Notes: a model not told the origin generated them from the sequence alone. A DNA stretch of 64,000 nt from the human T2T-CHM13v2.0 reference genome, Homo sapiens (GCF_009914755.1 NC_060925.1), one strand, 5' to 3'; positions 42,501-57,288 are shown, numbered from the stretch's first letter. Numbers and translations: made by a program.

Positions 42501-43402
42501 TGGGTGGTGATGGTGGCAGGTGTATGTTACTAAATAATGATTTTGGGGGCACACTTAGTAGTTATCATAGAAATGGAAGACTATTTTGATTAAAAAGTCA
42601 ACTTGGGAGGAAATGAGTGATTAAAAAACATCTGGGCCTACCCTATAAGCTTCAGTACTTGCCATATGTAAGTAACAGGACTCAATACTTCTTTCTTTTT
42701 TCCTTCTAGAAAAGTATGCCATGCAGAGTTAAGAGTATGTAAATTTAAAAGACAGTTTGTAGCTCTTACTCTCAACCAGTGCATTTGTGGTGAAAATGGG
42801 TGGCATAGGATACATGTGCATATTACAAACAAATGCTTGCAACATGGAATTCTCTCTACACTTTTTTGTCTCATTACTTATATTTTCAGATTCAGTACAA
42901 CTTGTGGTATCAGTTTATCACCATCTTCGAAATATTTTCTGAAAGATGATATATTTTCTAAGTGGAAGAATTATTCCTTTCCTGCTCTCTTGTATTCCTC
43001 ACTCTCAAATGTCTTAGATAATTTGGGTCAATTTCCTGGCTGATGTCCCCTGGCCTACTAGTAATGGAATGAATACATGCTTGCCGACATGCAGATCCTC
43101 TCAGGCCATGGTACAGGGCAGCCTCTAACCATGAGCAGCTTCAGCTGTTTCCTGCTTTATGCAGTACGGATACTGTCATGTTGTACATATATTCTGATAC
43201 GGAAAAGTGTGGGAAATGCTGTTTTAATGGTTTATGCCAATTTCATCTCTTTGTACTCCAAATTTTTTACTAGAAAATAATTGTAATATGTAACATCCTA
43301 CCATGGTAAAAGGTCAGTCCCCTTGGTAAAGAAGTAAAAATTATCTTGCTATGTTATCCACTTTGGATGGACTGCAACTGTAAAATATCTAAGATATGAT
43401 GT

Positions 43403-43730
43403 TGTGTCCGGAATTGGTGGGTTCTTGGTCTTACTGACTTCAAGAATGAAGGGCTGGCCAACTGCTCCGAGTGCGGGGCCCACCAAGCCCACGCCCACCC
43501 GGAACTCCAGCTGGCCCGCAAGCACAGCACGCAGCCTTGGTTCCCGCTCACGCCTCTGCCTCCACACCTCCCTGCAAGCTGAGGGAGTGGGCTCCAGCCT
43601 TGGCCAGCCCAGAAAGGGGCTCCCACAGTGCATTGGTGGGCTGAAGTGCTCCTCAAGTGCCACCAAAGTGGGAGCCCAGGCAGAGGAGGTGCCGAGAGCA
43701 AGCAAGGGCTTTGAGGACTGCCAGCACACA
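43403..43730 (-). mobile_element. Internally deleted solo LTR12C (ERV9/HERV9 LTR), 328 bp
   Basis: The LTR12 3' terminus (tgtgtccggaattggtgggttcttggtc...caagaatgaag) is joined directly to the GC-rich 5' U3 part (...gaggactgccagcac). TG...CA ends and a 4-bp ATGT TSD. Confidence 0.88.
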
Positions 43731-43830
43731 ATGTGACTACAGATTATTTGCCTAAAAATATCTATACTTACGTTTATATGTCAGCCATACATAATGGCAT
43801 CAGACCTTTCTAGCCCATGTGGCCTATAAT

Positions 43831-44113
43831 TAGGGTGACAGTAACACTTGGTTTTCCTGGAAACGTCCCTGGTTTTTGTTTACTATTACTGCTTGTTGCT
43901 GGTCTCAGTTATCACAGTTTTTTTTTTTTTTTGCATTTATACACTTTATTGTCTTTTTAAAAATTTTTTACATATAGTGAAGATGGGGTCTTACTATGTT
44001 CCCAGGCTAGTCTCGAACTCCTGGGCTCAAGCAATCCTCCCAAAGTGCTAGGATTACAGGCGTGAGTCACTGCACGGGGCCGTGTCATTTTAGATATTAG
44101 CACTGCTTACCCT
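43831..44113. mobile_element. MER94/MER81-like hAT-Blackjack MITE carrying a FLAM insertion
   Basis: Starts tagggtgac...ggttttcctggaaacgtccctggttt and ends ttacccta. Confidence 0.45.
43960..44081 (-). mobile_element. FLAM / free left Alu monomer
   Basis: ggggtcttactatgttcccaggctagtctcgaactcctgggctcaagcaatcctcccaaagtgc. Confidence 0.8.
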
Positions 44114-44231
44114 AAATAATTCTGGGCAGAATGGTGGTAGTGGTCCATGCTCCGTCTTTTCCAAACTACTTAAGATAAGTATGGGTGGATCTTTAAGCTC
44201 TTGGAGGGCAAGGACTCTATCTATCTTGCTC

Positions 44232-44234
<3 letters not shown>

Positions 44235-44271
<37 letters not shown>

Positions 44272-44289
44272 TGTATGTGTGTGGTGTGT
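44235..44289. repeat. (TG)n microsatellite
   Basis: Read directly. Confidence 0.92.
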
Positions 44290-46921
44290 TCAGCACCTAG
44301 CACATTACCTAAGCTAAACATTTGAAAATGTAAATGATTATGAGCTTGATGGCTTCATGACAACACAGATTTGGTAAAGTCTATGATGGGCAAGATACTT
44401 TGTTGCCAACTACAAATCCTAAATACCTAACAGAGTGTAGCGTTTAGGAATGAATAGATTAATGATTGGTCACCTCAGTCTTATATATTTCTTAGCATTT
44501 GCAGTCTCTATCTAAAGATATTGTGGTCCATCAACACATTAGACAATCCTACAATTACAGTTGTAACATGTTGTATATAAAGTCACACAAACAAGCAACT
44601 GTTTCTTGGGTATAATGATCCGTGTTTACTGTTTTTTGATTTTATGAGGAAAAAAGATGGCATTTAATTACTCCAATAATGATCACATCGTAGATAGATA
44701 AATTCTATCACTTGTAAGATTTAGACCTTAATTTGTAACCAATGTATGATATTTTAGGCTGGAATTCCCAGTGGATGTGCCAGGAATGGCTACTGGATGG
44801 CTGAAATATTCACTCCTTTGGGCAGGGCTGGAGACCCTTTGCCTGACTGTATTCGCCCTCTTCAGTTTACCCCAGGGCATATATAAATGTCCTTTCCTCT
44901 GTGGGCCATAAAGTGAAACAGATTGGGAAACACTGTTAATGACCTCTACAACCAAAATAGCAGGTGCTTAAATAAATGCAGTGGCACCCTTGACATTTGA
45001 GTATGCAAAATAATTTTTCAAAAATGTTATCTTGGGCCATTTTTTGAGAGTTAAATAGATGTGCTTTATCAGAAAGTAAATATCCAAGATTATCAAAGTC
45101 AAAGACCATAATCTTCAAAGAAGCAATTCATCTAAAATAAGTAACAACATACTGAATTAGAAAGCATGTTCTCACATGAAGTTCACAAAAAAGTCTCACA
45201 AAAAAAGAGAGAAAGATAGTATGTTTGTTTATATTTTGGACCTTCCCACCACAGGAAGGTTTAAGCGTGTTTATGAACTGCAGGCTGCTCAATTGCGATT
45301 CAGTCCTACATCTCTACTAATGCTTTATTGCAGGGGGAAATGTTAGAAATTATAGCATCATGACAGTGGCTATCTACTAAAATTCTGCCAGTTAAGATAA
45401 TTTGGGGAAAGGGAAGAAACCATTAATTCCAAGCACACCTTAGTTTGTGAAGGGCTTCCAGTTAAATGTCCTATCAGATCTGCTTTTCTAAAGATCATTT
45501 GTTATTTTCATAAGAGCTGCACAAATAGATGCTAAGTACTTAGAAACAGAATTAAATAAATCAAATGTGAATAAAACATTTGTTTGTTTTATCAAATCCT
45601 TTGAAATAGAACAAAAGTTATATTTAGCCAAATTTACCAATTTATCACTAAATCGAAAATAAGGACTTGTTTGTATTACTTCGAAAGGCCAACCCTTTAG
45701 GGGAATTTTTATTTAGCTCTAAAATGTTTTTTAATGTCAATAATGAATTCCACTGCAATAGCGATTATATTGCCAAAGGTCATTAATGATTTTTAAGTCT
45801 TCATTACGCTTTAATGAGATTGAGATTAAGATCTCTGTAATATTTGACTGATGTATAGTTTAACTCTGTGTCTCCTCATCTTTTGATTTTCTTGCTTTTC
45901 TGTTCTCTCTTTTCTTCGTTGATTTTTTTTTTCTTCTCAAAGCCTTCATGATCTTTATTTTTCCCCTGTCACCACTACATTTCAAATCCTGGGTTTTCCT
46001 CAGGGGCCGCCACCTTCCCCAAATTTTTCTGGACATTTAAATCCAATTTTGTGGAATTTTCAGGGTAGGAACATTCAATGAGCGGGCCTACCATGTGTTC
46101 AACATTAGACTGGGTGGTGTATGTACCTTGTCACAGTGGGGTTTTATTTCCATTTCATTGATAAGGAAAATGAAGGCCCAAGTTTACACAGTGATGTGAA
46201 ACATTATCTGTGTTCCTATTGTACAGGTAAAAGGTGGAAATAGGGGTGAAAACTCAAGCAAGCTAACTACTTAAGCCACATTCTTATCCAGTATACTACC
46301 AACTTAAGAACTGAATTTCTAGTTTAAATTAGCTCTATAATAGAGACTCTAGGCTATTTGTGTTTAAATTATTCCATCTGTTAGATATCTTTATACAGGT
46401 GCAAACTATTTGCCCTAATTAGCCCATTAATCTATCCATTTTATTCAATACCTTTTCTACCACTCACAACCTAGTTTTAACTACCTACATATATCCTTTG
46501 CCTGGAGTCATGCAATAGCTGCTTTCCTGATCTTATATCTTCCCTCACTAATCTGTATGCTAAGCCCAGAGTAATCTTTAAAAGGGACAAATTTAATTTT
46601 CATCAACCTCCAATCTGCAGCTGAAAACACACCAGTGACTTAAAACTGCCCTTAGTTTGATGACATCAAACTATGCTTCTAAGCATCATCTCACACTGCA
46701 TGTTCCTGTGACTCTTCAAGCTTTGGGCACTAGCCTTCTTTCAGTTCTCTGGTCATTCTTTGTTCCCCTCTCTCCACAGGGCCTTTGCACATTCTGGGCC
46801 ACCATACTCCTATACTCTTTCTTCACACCTCCCTTCCATCACGATTTCCTCAGAAAATTCCTCCCTGATCTTGCCAGCTGGAGGAAACACCCCATTATGC
46901 ACTTTCATAGTACCATGCAAG

Positions 46922-47089
46922 CAGGGGAAGGTCCAAGCTTCCTGGGATCTGAAATTTTTGTAATTTGAGGGGCTGTCTTTAAGAAAAATAAAATTAGAGA
47001 TACAAATATGAGTATAGGGCCTTGGAAGCGGTCAGTGCGAGGATAGGGTCCTGACCCTTAACCTTTCACTGCATGGCAAATCTACCTCA
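46922..47089 (-). mobile_element. MER53 hAT MITE
   Basis: caggggaaggtccaag...ctttaagaaaaa...agggccttggaag...gcaaatctacctcag matches the reverse complement of MER53. Confidence 0.75.
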
Positions 47090-50000
47090 GCCTGTACCTC
47101 TTGTTGGTAGCTCTTCACATTGACAATTCAATTTATATACACAACTCGGTGAATATTTCTTTCCCCTACACTATGCACTGTGTGAGAGAGGAAATATGTC
47201 TGAATTTACTCCCCAAGCTTTCTCCAGGAATTTGCATAGTGTTAACACTTGAGTATACAGTATATATTTCTTGGGTAAAGGAATAAATGAGCAAATGAAT
47301 AATTAGAAGAAGACTTAGAGTTAATGCTTATAATGCCCGTATAAAATTGTCCGAATTTTTTGGAACCCAAAGCCAAGTGGAGAACATCTGGGTTCCATGG
47401 CTCATACCATTTCATCATGAAAGACAAACTTCTCAGTACCAGGTGGTAAAGATGAATGTTGATAGGTTTATTTATATAAAGCACCTTATTCCACACAATG
47501 AATAATAACCAGCAGCTGTTACTCAGTGCTTACCATGTGCTGGGCACTTGCTCAACACTTGCACATGGTATTCTGCCTTAACACATATGGCATTCACCAC
47601 TAACTGCAGAGTTACTCTCAGTCAGAATTTCTGCCTCCATGGTCCATGCAATGCAGAAGGGCAGAAAACCCCATGCAGGACAAGGAAAAGGAGGCCTGAG
47701 GTGCTGGCACCTTCACTGTCTCAAGGGTCCTCCCTCTCTGGAGCTCCTTCCTCTCTGCCATTTTATATCACCTTTTATGTGCTAAAATGGTGTTTGTTTG
47801 CCACTGCCCCAGAGATGATACTGGCTTATCACCTGCCCTCTGCTTAGTTCTTGGTATTATCTCCTAGTGAGGGTATGCCCAAGCTTACCTTTGTCTTTGT
47901 TTTCCTGTAGAGTGCTTAATTATGAGTCAAACTACATGCAGGTGGTCTATCCGAATGAGTTAGCATCAGAATGACCTGTTAAAAAGAGTTCTAATATGTT
48001 GCCCAGCTGGACATTGAAAAATGCCTGTTAGAGTTGTTGATCATTTTGACTTTGGTATAATTAATAGTGACCTTTTCTCACTGCCAGTATTTGGTTCAGG
48101 TTGGGTGCCTTCTGAGCACCCTTCTGGAATGCTGTACAGTTGTGAGTGATTCATTCTGTTAACAAATCTTTATTAAGTGCCTAATCTGTGCTGTGCCCTG
48201 AGGATACGCAGATAAAAGAAACTGTCCTCCCATTAGGTGGAGGCATTGAAACCCAAGTGGAGGAAGACAGGGAGACAGAACTGACAGTTCTGCAAGTATC
48301 ATGAGCAGCCATTGTCTGACTTTGCATTCATTTCTGGTCTTACTGGCTAGAATCTCCTAATAAACTACCAAGTAATCCTTTTAACTGAATAAGCTACCTA
48401 TCCAAGGATTAGAATTTGTATCTGAGTGTTTTTCTCTCATACTAACTTTGAGAACTTTTTGAGGGTTAGTGAGGTAAGCACCAGAGCAAGATACTCAGGT
48501 TCTTTTCCAGCAATCTGTACCAAACCAGGAATAAGGACTGACAGGCTCCCAGCTGTCTGTCACCAGAGCAGATATTTATGGGTTTATGATCAGAGGTTCT
48601 TTTGGTCCCAAAAAGTAACTGGAAAAGAATGTGGCAACTTCCTGGGACCATGGAAAGCTGCTTGGGTGTCAGGGATATGCTATGCCAGGTATATGCTAGA
48701 AGAAATACTATTAAATGTCAGTAAACTTAAAAGGAAAATGGTCAAGTTTAATCTAAGATGTCCATTTTGCAGATGGAAAGAAGCAGGGAATTTAAAAATG
48801 CAAGCAAAGCTCCCATTACAAATCCTACTAACTGTCTCATAAACTGGATGAAGTTAGGCGATAAAGTTGAACCAAATTCTTCACTCAGTTTGGGATGACT
48901 TTCTCTGGAGCCTTTATTAAGGTCTCTTAGCTGCCAGACTGTTTTAGGGACTAATGAAACTATTGTCATTATCCCTTGCTCTTTTTATGTTTCCTCTAAG
49001 TTGCTTTCTCAGTAAGGACAGCTTTTAATTTTTTAAAAAATTATTTCCCTTTTTAATCCCCAGAACCCTATAGCAAAAACTCCATAATTATTTGTTAAAG
49101 TTTCTAGTAGAGGGTACACTAAGTGGGGTCTATAGATACTGAAGCTCTTGTGAAATTCTGCTGGCCTGAGTTCATGATTTAAGGGAATGCTGGTGATAGC
49201 TTGTAGAAGAAACTGAGATTGTATGGAATAAAATGTGGAAGCCATTGATTTTAGAGCCTCTTTTTTATTGTTCTGTGAATAAAATCTCATTTGTAAGCCC
49301 TCAAATGTGGGCCTTGACTTTTAGAATTGAGAGCTAGAAGTAAAAACAAATTCACAGCAGTGTACTAACACATTTTTGTTAATTCCTAAGATATTTTGCT
49401 TTAGACCTATTAACATATTTAGAGTTATGTTCCTTAGTTCTGAGGCAAATTTGCTCTGTGAATAGCACTACACTAGGAAGAAATCCTAAAAGAGACATTA
49501 ACATGTAATTTGTGTAAAGTTCTTTTTATATTTCACAAGTTATGAATTTTCTATAGTCCTTTTAAGTGTTAAATGGATTTATAAAAAGCTTTTGGTGGTT
49601 AGCAAAATGGGTGGTTTTTGCCTAATGTGAAATCTGAGATTGATAAGTTTTATATAAGGAGTGTTTTTTTAAATCTTGAGATTTTTTATGTAAAAAAATT
49701 GTTTCAGTTATTTTTGATATCTAAACCAAAATAGCATTAGAAAGGAGCTATTTTAAAAGTTTAATTTCTTATCATAATCTTTTAAGAGGGAGTGACACCA
49801 GTGACTTACGTTTCGTTTCTATATAGAATTATATCAGCTATAGAGTATATTGTATACTTGTAATACCCATAACTATTAACACTTAAATAATACAGTAATA
49901 CAGAGGCCTATTGGGAAAAAAAAAAAAAAAAAAACTAAATCATTCCTTTTTCCCCTATTGCTTCTGAAGCATTTTTTATTTTCTTTAACTGTATAAATTT

Positions 50001-50299
50001 TTGATAACTGATTTGGGTGTGCTGTGTGAGTATCTGTGTGTACATACACATATGTGCTTACGTGTCTGTTGAGTGTTAGGGAAGGCTTGTTGTAGAGATG
50101 GTGTAGCTCATTATAAACTTTAGTTTGTTCTCATTTGATTTATTTCAATGAAAGATTTGAGAATTTGATCCTCGTAAGTCTCTTGCATGTTCTCCATTTG
50201 CCCAGGTTGACCAAGAGGGCTAACTTTTTTCCCTGCAGAAAGAAAGTGAAAGTTGATATTTGATTGGGTAGTTAATTCATGCCTACATGAAAAATTACA

Positions 50300-50580
<281 letters not shown>

Positions 50581-50615
50581 CTAAGTATAATTGAGTGTTA
50601 TATTGATTACATTAA

Positions 50616-51061
<446 letters not shown>

Positions 51062-51284
51062 AACTTTTAAAGTTTTAATTTAGGTGATTATATTTTTCTG
51101 TTTTAATGCTAGGGTTTCTTTTATTGCTTATAACAATCTCATGAATATATGTTTTCTAGCAGTCACCAAGCTACCCACATTTACCCTGGCTAACAAATGG
51201 GAACAAAGAGCAAGATTTGAATCCAGGTCTCTTGGGCATCGGAGTTGTGCTCTTTCTAGTATCATTTGCCACCTCTTCATATAA

Positions 51285-51595
<311 letters not shown>

Positions 51596-52690
51596 TAAAT
51601 ACATCTAAAAGAATAAATAAAATTAAATGCCACATATTTATCATTAGTCATTTATTCCAGGATTACTCTATGTGCGTGGTGCTACATGCTAGTTCAAAAT
51701 TCAACGAATTGGTCTAGTCATCTTCAGTAAAGACTAAGACAGACTTTTCTCCTCAATGATTCTTTTTTTCTTTTTTAAATTCAGATTCAGCAAACATCTT
51801 TGGGGGCTTACTTTGTGCCAGACCCTAAACCAGGTGTTCCTAATATGTTACACTGTGAGGTGGTTTTTATTATTAAGATTTTACCAATGAGGCATGAATG
51901 TTAGAGAGGTAATAATATAAGCAATCATTTAAAAACATACTTGAACTTAGAATGTAGTATAGCATGAATAGTTACAATAGGCTACAATCATATCTACCTT
52001 CACTATCCTATTTCTGTTGAAAGGCAGTTTAGGCAGTAAAATAAACAAAGGTTGAGATCTGGTTTCTTTATTTTAACAGCTTTATGGAGATAAAATTTAC
52101 ATACCATACAATTTACTCATTTGAAGTATATAATTCAGTGTTTTTTAGTGTAATCACAGAATTGTCCAACAACCATGTCTTCTGATTTTTGAACTGTTAC
52201 TGATTTTTTTTCATTACTACTAACCATACATTTGAATAAGAAAACAGGATCATAATTCTAAAAGGGTTATATTCAACCCTGTTGTTTTCAGATTTAGTTT
52301 TGTTCAACCAAAGTCCAATAACTTTCCCTTTTCAGTTCTACTACAAAAAGCTTCCTTGACTTCCATGAGAAATGTTTGCTTACAGGAATGTTAAGCTGAT
52401 TTTCATGTGTGCCATTGACAAGGAGAAGCTTTGGAATGTGAAATCCACTTCCGCATAATGTAATTATTTAAGTCTTTTGCAATAGATGTACTATAAAAGA
52501 GAAATCAAAGAATATATGCGATTAATACTTACTAAATATATGTTTTTCAAGTTAAAAAACAAAAATCCCTTGATAACCATTTATAGCCATTCTGAGTCCT
52601 GATTCACTAAGGAGATCAAACCTCAAGATATGGATAGGATGCAGAGAAACCAGGTGCTGATCCCTTCTCTCATTGGCTTAAGTTCACATT

Positions 52691-54817
52691 AGAAAGAATC
52701 GTATTGTTATGATGGCCATACTTCCCAAAGCAATATGTAGATACAGTGCTATTCCTATCAAACTACCAGTGTCATTTTTCACAGAATTAGAAAAAAACGA
52801 TTCTAAAATTCATATGGAACCCAAAAAAAGCCAAATCACCAAAGCAATCCTAAACACAAAGAATAAAGCTGGAGATATCACATTATGTGACTTCAAACTA
52901 TACTACAAGACTACAGTAACCAAAACAGCATGGTACTGATACAAAAGCAGACACACAGACCACTGGAACAGGACAGAGTCCACAAAATTACACACATACA
53001 ACCACCTGATCTTTGTGACAAAGTCGACAGTAACAAACAATGGGGAATGGACTCCCTATTCAATAAATGGTGCTGGAATAACTGGCTAGCCTTATGCAGA
53101 AGATTGAAACTGGACCCCGTCCTTTCACCATATACAAAAACTAACTCACGATGGATTAAAGGACTTAAAGGTAAGACCTAAAACAATAAAAACTCTGAAG
53201 AAAACCTAAAAAATACTATTCTGGATGTTGGCCTTGGCAAAGAATTTATGACTAAGTCCCCAAAGGCAATTGCAACAAAAACAAAAATTGACAAGTGGGA
53301 CCTAATTAAACTAAAGAGCTTCTGCACAGCAAATTAAACTGTCAACAGTAAACAGACAGCATACAGAATGGGAGAAAATATTTGCAAACTATGCATCTGA
53401 CAAAGGTCTAATATCTAGAATCTATAAGGAACTTAAATCAGCAAGCAAAAAACAATCCCATTAAGAAATGGGCAAAGGACATGAACAAACACTTCTCAAA
53501 AGAAGACATACATGCAGCCAACAAATATATGAAAAAATGCTCAGCATCACTAATCATTAGAGAAATGCAAATCAAAAAGTCAGTGAGATACCCTCTCACA
53601 CCAGAATGGCTATTATTAAAAAGTCAAAAAACACCAGATGCTGGCAAGGTTGCAGAGAAAAGAAAACACTTACGCACTGCTGGTGGGGATGTAAATTAGT
53701 TCAGCCACTGTGGAAAGCAGTGTGTAGACTTCTCAAAAAAGTTAAAACAGAACTATAATTCAACCCAGCAATCTCTATTGTGTATATACCCAAAGGAAAA
53801 CAAATCATTCTACAAAAAAGATGTGTACTTGTATGTTCATTGCAGCACTATTCACAATAGCAAAGACATGTAATCAACCAAGATGCCCGTTGACAGTGGA
53901 CTGGATTTTTTTTTTAATATGGTACATATACACCATGGAATACTATGCAACCATAGAAAAGAATATATCATGTTTTTTGCAGCAACATGGATGCAGCTGC
54001 AGGCCATTATCCTAGGCATAGTAATACAGAAACATAAAACCAAATACCACATGTTCTCACTTATAAGTGGGAGCTAAACACTGAATACACATGGATACAA
54101 AGAAGGGAACAATAGACACAGGGGCCTGCTTAATAGGGGAGAGAAAGGAGGGGAGTTGGGTTGGAAGGCTCCCTATTAGGTACTATACTCATTACCTTGA
54201 TTGGGGGTCCCCAACCCCTGGGCCACGGACTGCTGCTGATTCATGGCCTGTTAGGAACCGGGTCGCACAGCACCAGGTGAGCAGTGGGAGAGTGAGCAAA
54301 GCTTCATCTGTATTTACAGCCACTCCCCATTGTTGACATTACTGCCTTAGCTCTGCCTCTTGTCAGATCAGCAGCAGCATTAGATTCTCGTAGGAGTGTG
54401 AACCCTATTGTGAACTGTGAATTCAAGGGATCTAGGTTCTGCTATCCTTGTGAGAATCTAATGTCCGATGATTTGTCACTGTCTTCCATCACTCCCAGAT
54501 GGGACCGTCTAGTTGCAGGAAAAGCTCAGGGATCGCGCTGATTCCACATTATGGTGAGTTGTATAATTATTTCATTATATATTACAGTGTAATAATAACA
54601 GAAATAAAGTGCATAACAAATGTGATGCACTTGAGTTAGCCCGAAACCATCCCCCTCCCCCGTCCATGGAAAAATTGTCTTCCATGAAACCAGTCCTTGG
54701 TGCCAAAATGGTTGGGGACTGCTGACCTTGGTGATGGGATCATTCATACATCAAGCCTTAGCAACTAGTTTACCCATGTTACAAACCTGCACATGTACAC
54801 CCTGAACCTAAAATAAG
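52691..54817 (+). mobile_element. 5'-truncated primate L1 (L1PA15-17/L1PB-like): decayed ORF2 3' part and 3' UTR, interrupted by MER1A
   Basis: ORF-track pieces AIPIKLP...[14 protein letters not shown] and [10 protein letters not shown] are frameshifted L1 ORF2 remnants. The 3' UTR ends acaaacctgcacatgtac...cctaaaataa. Confidence 0.92.
54202..54724 (+). mobile_element. MER1A hAT-Charlie element, essentially full length
   Basis: ggggtccccaacccc...ggttggggactgctg termini. 8-bp TSD ACCTTGAT/ACCTTGGT. Confidence 0.9.
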
Positions 54818-55469
54818 TCACTAGAGGATCATAATGTACTTAATATACTATATTATATAAATATGTGTTAAATATGCTTTATACACATACACACTCAGTA
54901 TATATGAAAAGCTACTTTTGTTTTCAAAGTGCTTGTGCATCTTTAATTCAGTCGATGGTTGAAATACCCCCCTGGTAGGAAGGGCATATGTCATTATCCC
55001 CATTTTTGGTGGGTAAAATGGTATAACAGATGCATTAATTCAAGTCCTGTGGCTGACATTGCTGGAAAGTACTGGCTTTCTTCCTTATGGCCTGGGCACT
55101 TTCTTAAGCCTATACTTAACATCCATGCTTTGGTTTCCATACTTTGGCTTACCCGTGAGATGTGATATCTGTACAGGGGTATACCAGACCACTAACTGGG
55201 ATAGCATTAAAGTTATTTGTAGTTTCTCTAACGCATCATTTATCTCATGCTATGCCTTTGCCCTTGCTATTTCTTCAGTCAAAATTGTTTTCCCTCTCCC
55301 CACCACCTCATGTCTTACCCTTCCTTCATCTCTCAGCTCAAAACCACACCTCTGTGAAGTTCTCCCAGTTACTACATGCAGACTTGGGCTTGCCCCGTTC
55401 TGTGCATCTGCTATACTTTGTGTTAACTTCATATTACTTCGTATTAAGGTGATAGCAATGCCCTTACTA

Positions 55470-55537
55470 TTAGGTTGGTGCAACTTTTGCCATTAAAAGT
55501 AGTGGCAAAAACTGCAATCACTTTCACACCAACCTAA
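55470..55537. mobile_element. MADE1 (Hsmar1-derived mariner MITE)
   Basis: TA|TTAGGTTGGTGCAA...CACCAACCTAA|TA with TA target sites. The left arm is about 12 bp short. Confidence 0.92.
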
Positions 55538-56519
55538 TATGTTGTAATTGTACACTTACTGCTTATCATCCTGCATTAGACTGGGATCTCCTTGAGGGCA
55601 AGGATCTATATTAGATCATCTCTGCATTCCCCTCCATGGTGCTTGGCACGGGGCTGGTAGCTTTCTTGAATTCCTAGTGAATGTCAGGAAGGGATGGTGG
55701 TGATTACATAATGTCATTGCTTTGTCACCTCTAAGCCAAGGACAACAGTGAGGAGTTGCCTCCTTCAATAGCCAACCCTTAGCCAATAACACAGGCATTG
55801 GATGATGCGTGGTAGAGAAAAAGATTTAGAGATGAAAGATTCTGTTAGCACTCTCACTTAATTAGCTCAGAGAGGTCATTTAAGCTTTTTGAGCCTCAGG
55901 TTTCCTCATACTGTTGGGCAGTAGTAATGCCTAGACCACTGGGTTATTATGAAAATAAATAGAGATCTTGTATAGGAAAGTAGCTTGCAAACCGAAAAGC
56001 ACTGCAAACATGAGAAATAAAGAAGAAAAGGTAATCTGGTAGGAAGAACATGTGCTTTGGCCTTAGGTGGGATTTTAAATCCAGTCTCTGCTACTAATTA
56101 TTTAATGTCCACAACTTCCGTGAGTCTATTTCTTCCCCTCTCAAGGGTAAATAACAACACTTTGGCTGCTTAGAGTAATGTTGTGAAGTTTAAATAGGAT
56201 TCAGGCAATGTTCCACTGTGTTCCACCTGTGTTCAGCTTTTTCCACCCAGAGCTTTCAGATATTGTATGTTCCTACCTCTGCACCTTCTTTTCTATGGCA
56301 GAATCAGTCCTTTGTACTCCAGAGAAAGCAGGCACCTACTCTCAGGCCAGGGAAATAAATAGTGAGGGGAGACCACCAGAGGAAGAGACAGGCTTCCCTG
56401 GCATGTAATCCCAGCCAGCCGGGATGTGCCTTGGGACGGGGCGGAGGCGCAGCCTCAATGTCATGTCACAGCACATTCCTAGGACAGCTGTTTCTGCGGC
56501 AGCTTCTTTTACCATTTCC

Positions 56520-56970
56520 TTTGAAACTTTTTATTGAAGTGGAAGCCTGAGTGTACAGATCACATTTTATAAATTCAACACACCCATGTAACCAGATCAT
56601 TCATTCTTGTTGCTGCCTAGTATTCTATTTTGTAAATATACCACATCTTTTATTCTACAGTTGATAGGCATTTGGATAGCTTACAATTTAGAGCTAATAC
56701 AAATGGTGCTGCTATGAGCATTCTCATACATGTTTTTGGATGAATATATACCCGTGTTTCTTACAGGTATATACCTAGCAGTGGAATTGCAGGGTCATAA
56801 AGTGTGCTTATGCTCAATTTTAGTAGATAATACTAAAACATTTCCCAGAATTTCCCAACATTGACACACTCACCAGAAGTATTTGCATTCCAGTTGCTCC
56901 AGCATCCCTACCAGCACTTAGTATTATCTGTCATTTTAATTTTAGGAATTCTGGTGGATTTTATAATTTC
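56520..56970 (-). mobile_element. L1ME-like fragment
   Basis: gctgctatgagcattctcatacatg...gtatatacctagcagtggaattgcagggtcata. Confidence 0.75.
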
Positions 56971-57288
56971 ATACATTTGGAAATAGAGCCATTCTCTTAG
57001 CCCCCAAAAGCTTAAACTAAACTTTTGTACATTCATTTTCAGGAATGTGCTCTCTATAAAACTGGGAAGTTGTATCAGATGTAAAGCCCCTAGTACAGTG
57101 CTTGCCACGTGGAAGGAAAATGACAAGTGATAGCCACTATTACTGTCACCATTATCATCACCACTAAATGCCATCTGTGTTCTTCAAGGGTGAGAGTAGG
57201 GCATGGTGGATTACAAAGGTGAATAAGACATATTCTCTGCCTACAAGGAGCTCAAGATCTAGTGGAAGAGACCAAGATTAGAAACAGA

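Noticed and set aside
43450-43730. CpG island or alternative promoter
   Set aside because: The GC-richness is explained by the LTR12C remnant; it is too short and many CpGs have decayed.
47885-48105. Cassette exon after the acceptor-like ttgtctttgttttcctgtag (47891-47910)
   Set aside because: Only weak donors follow, and such pseudo-acceptors are common in long introns.
52709-54077. L1 ORF2-like peptides as a coding gene
   Set aside because: Broken by multiple frameshifts and stops; this is a dead, 5'-truncated L1.
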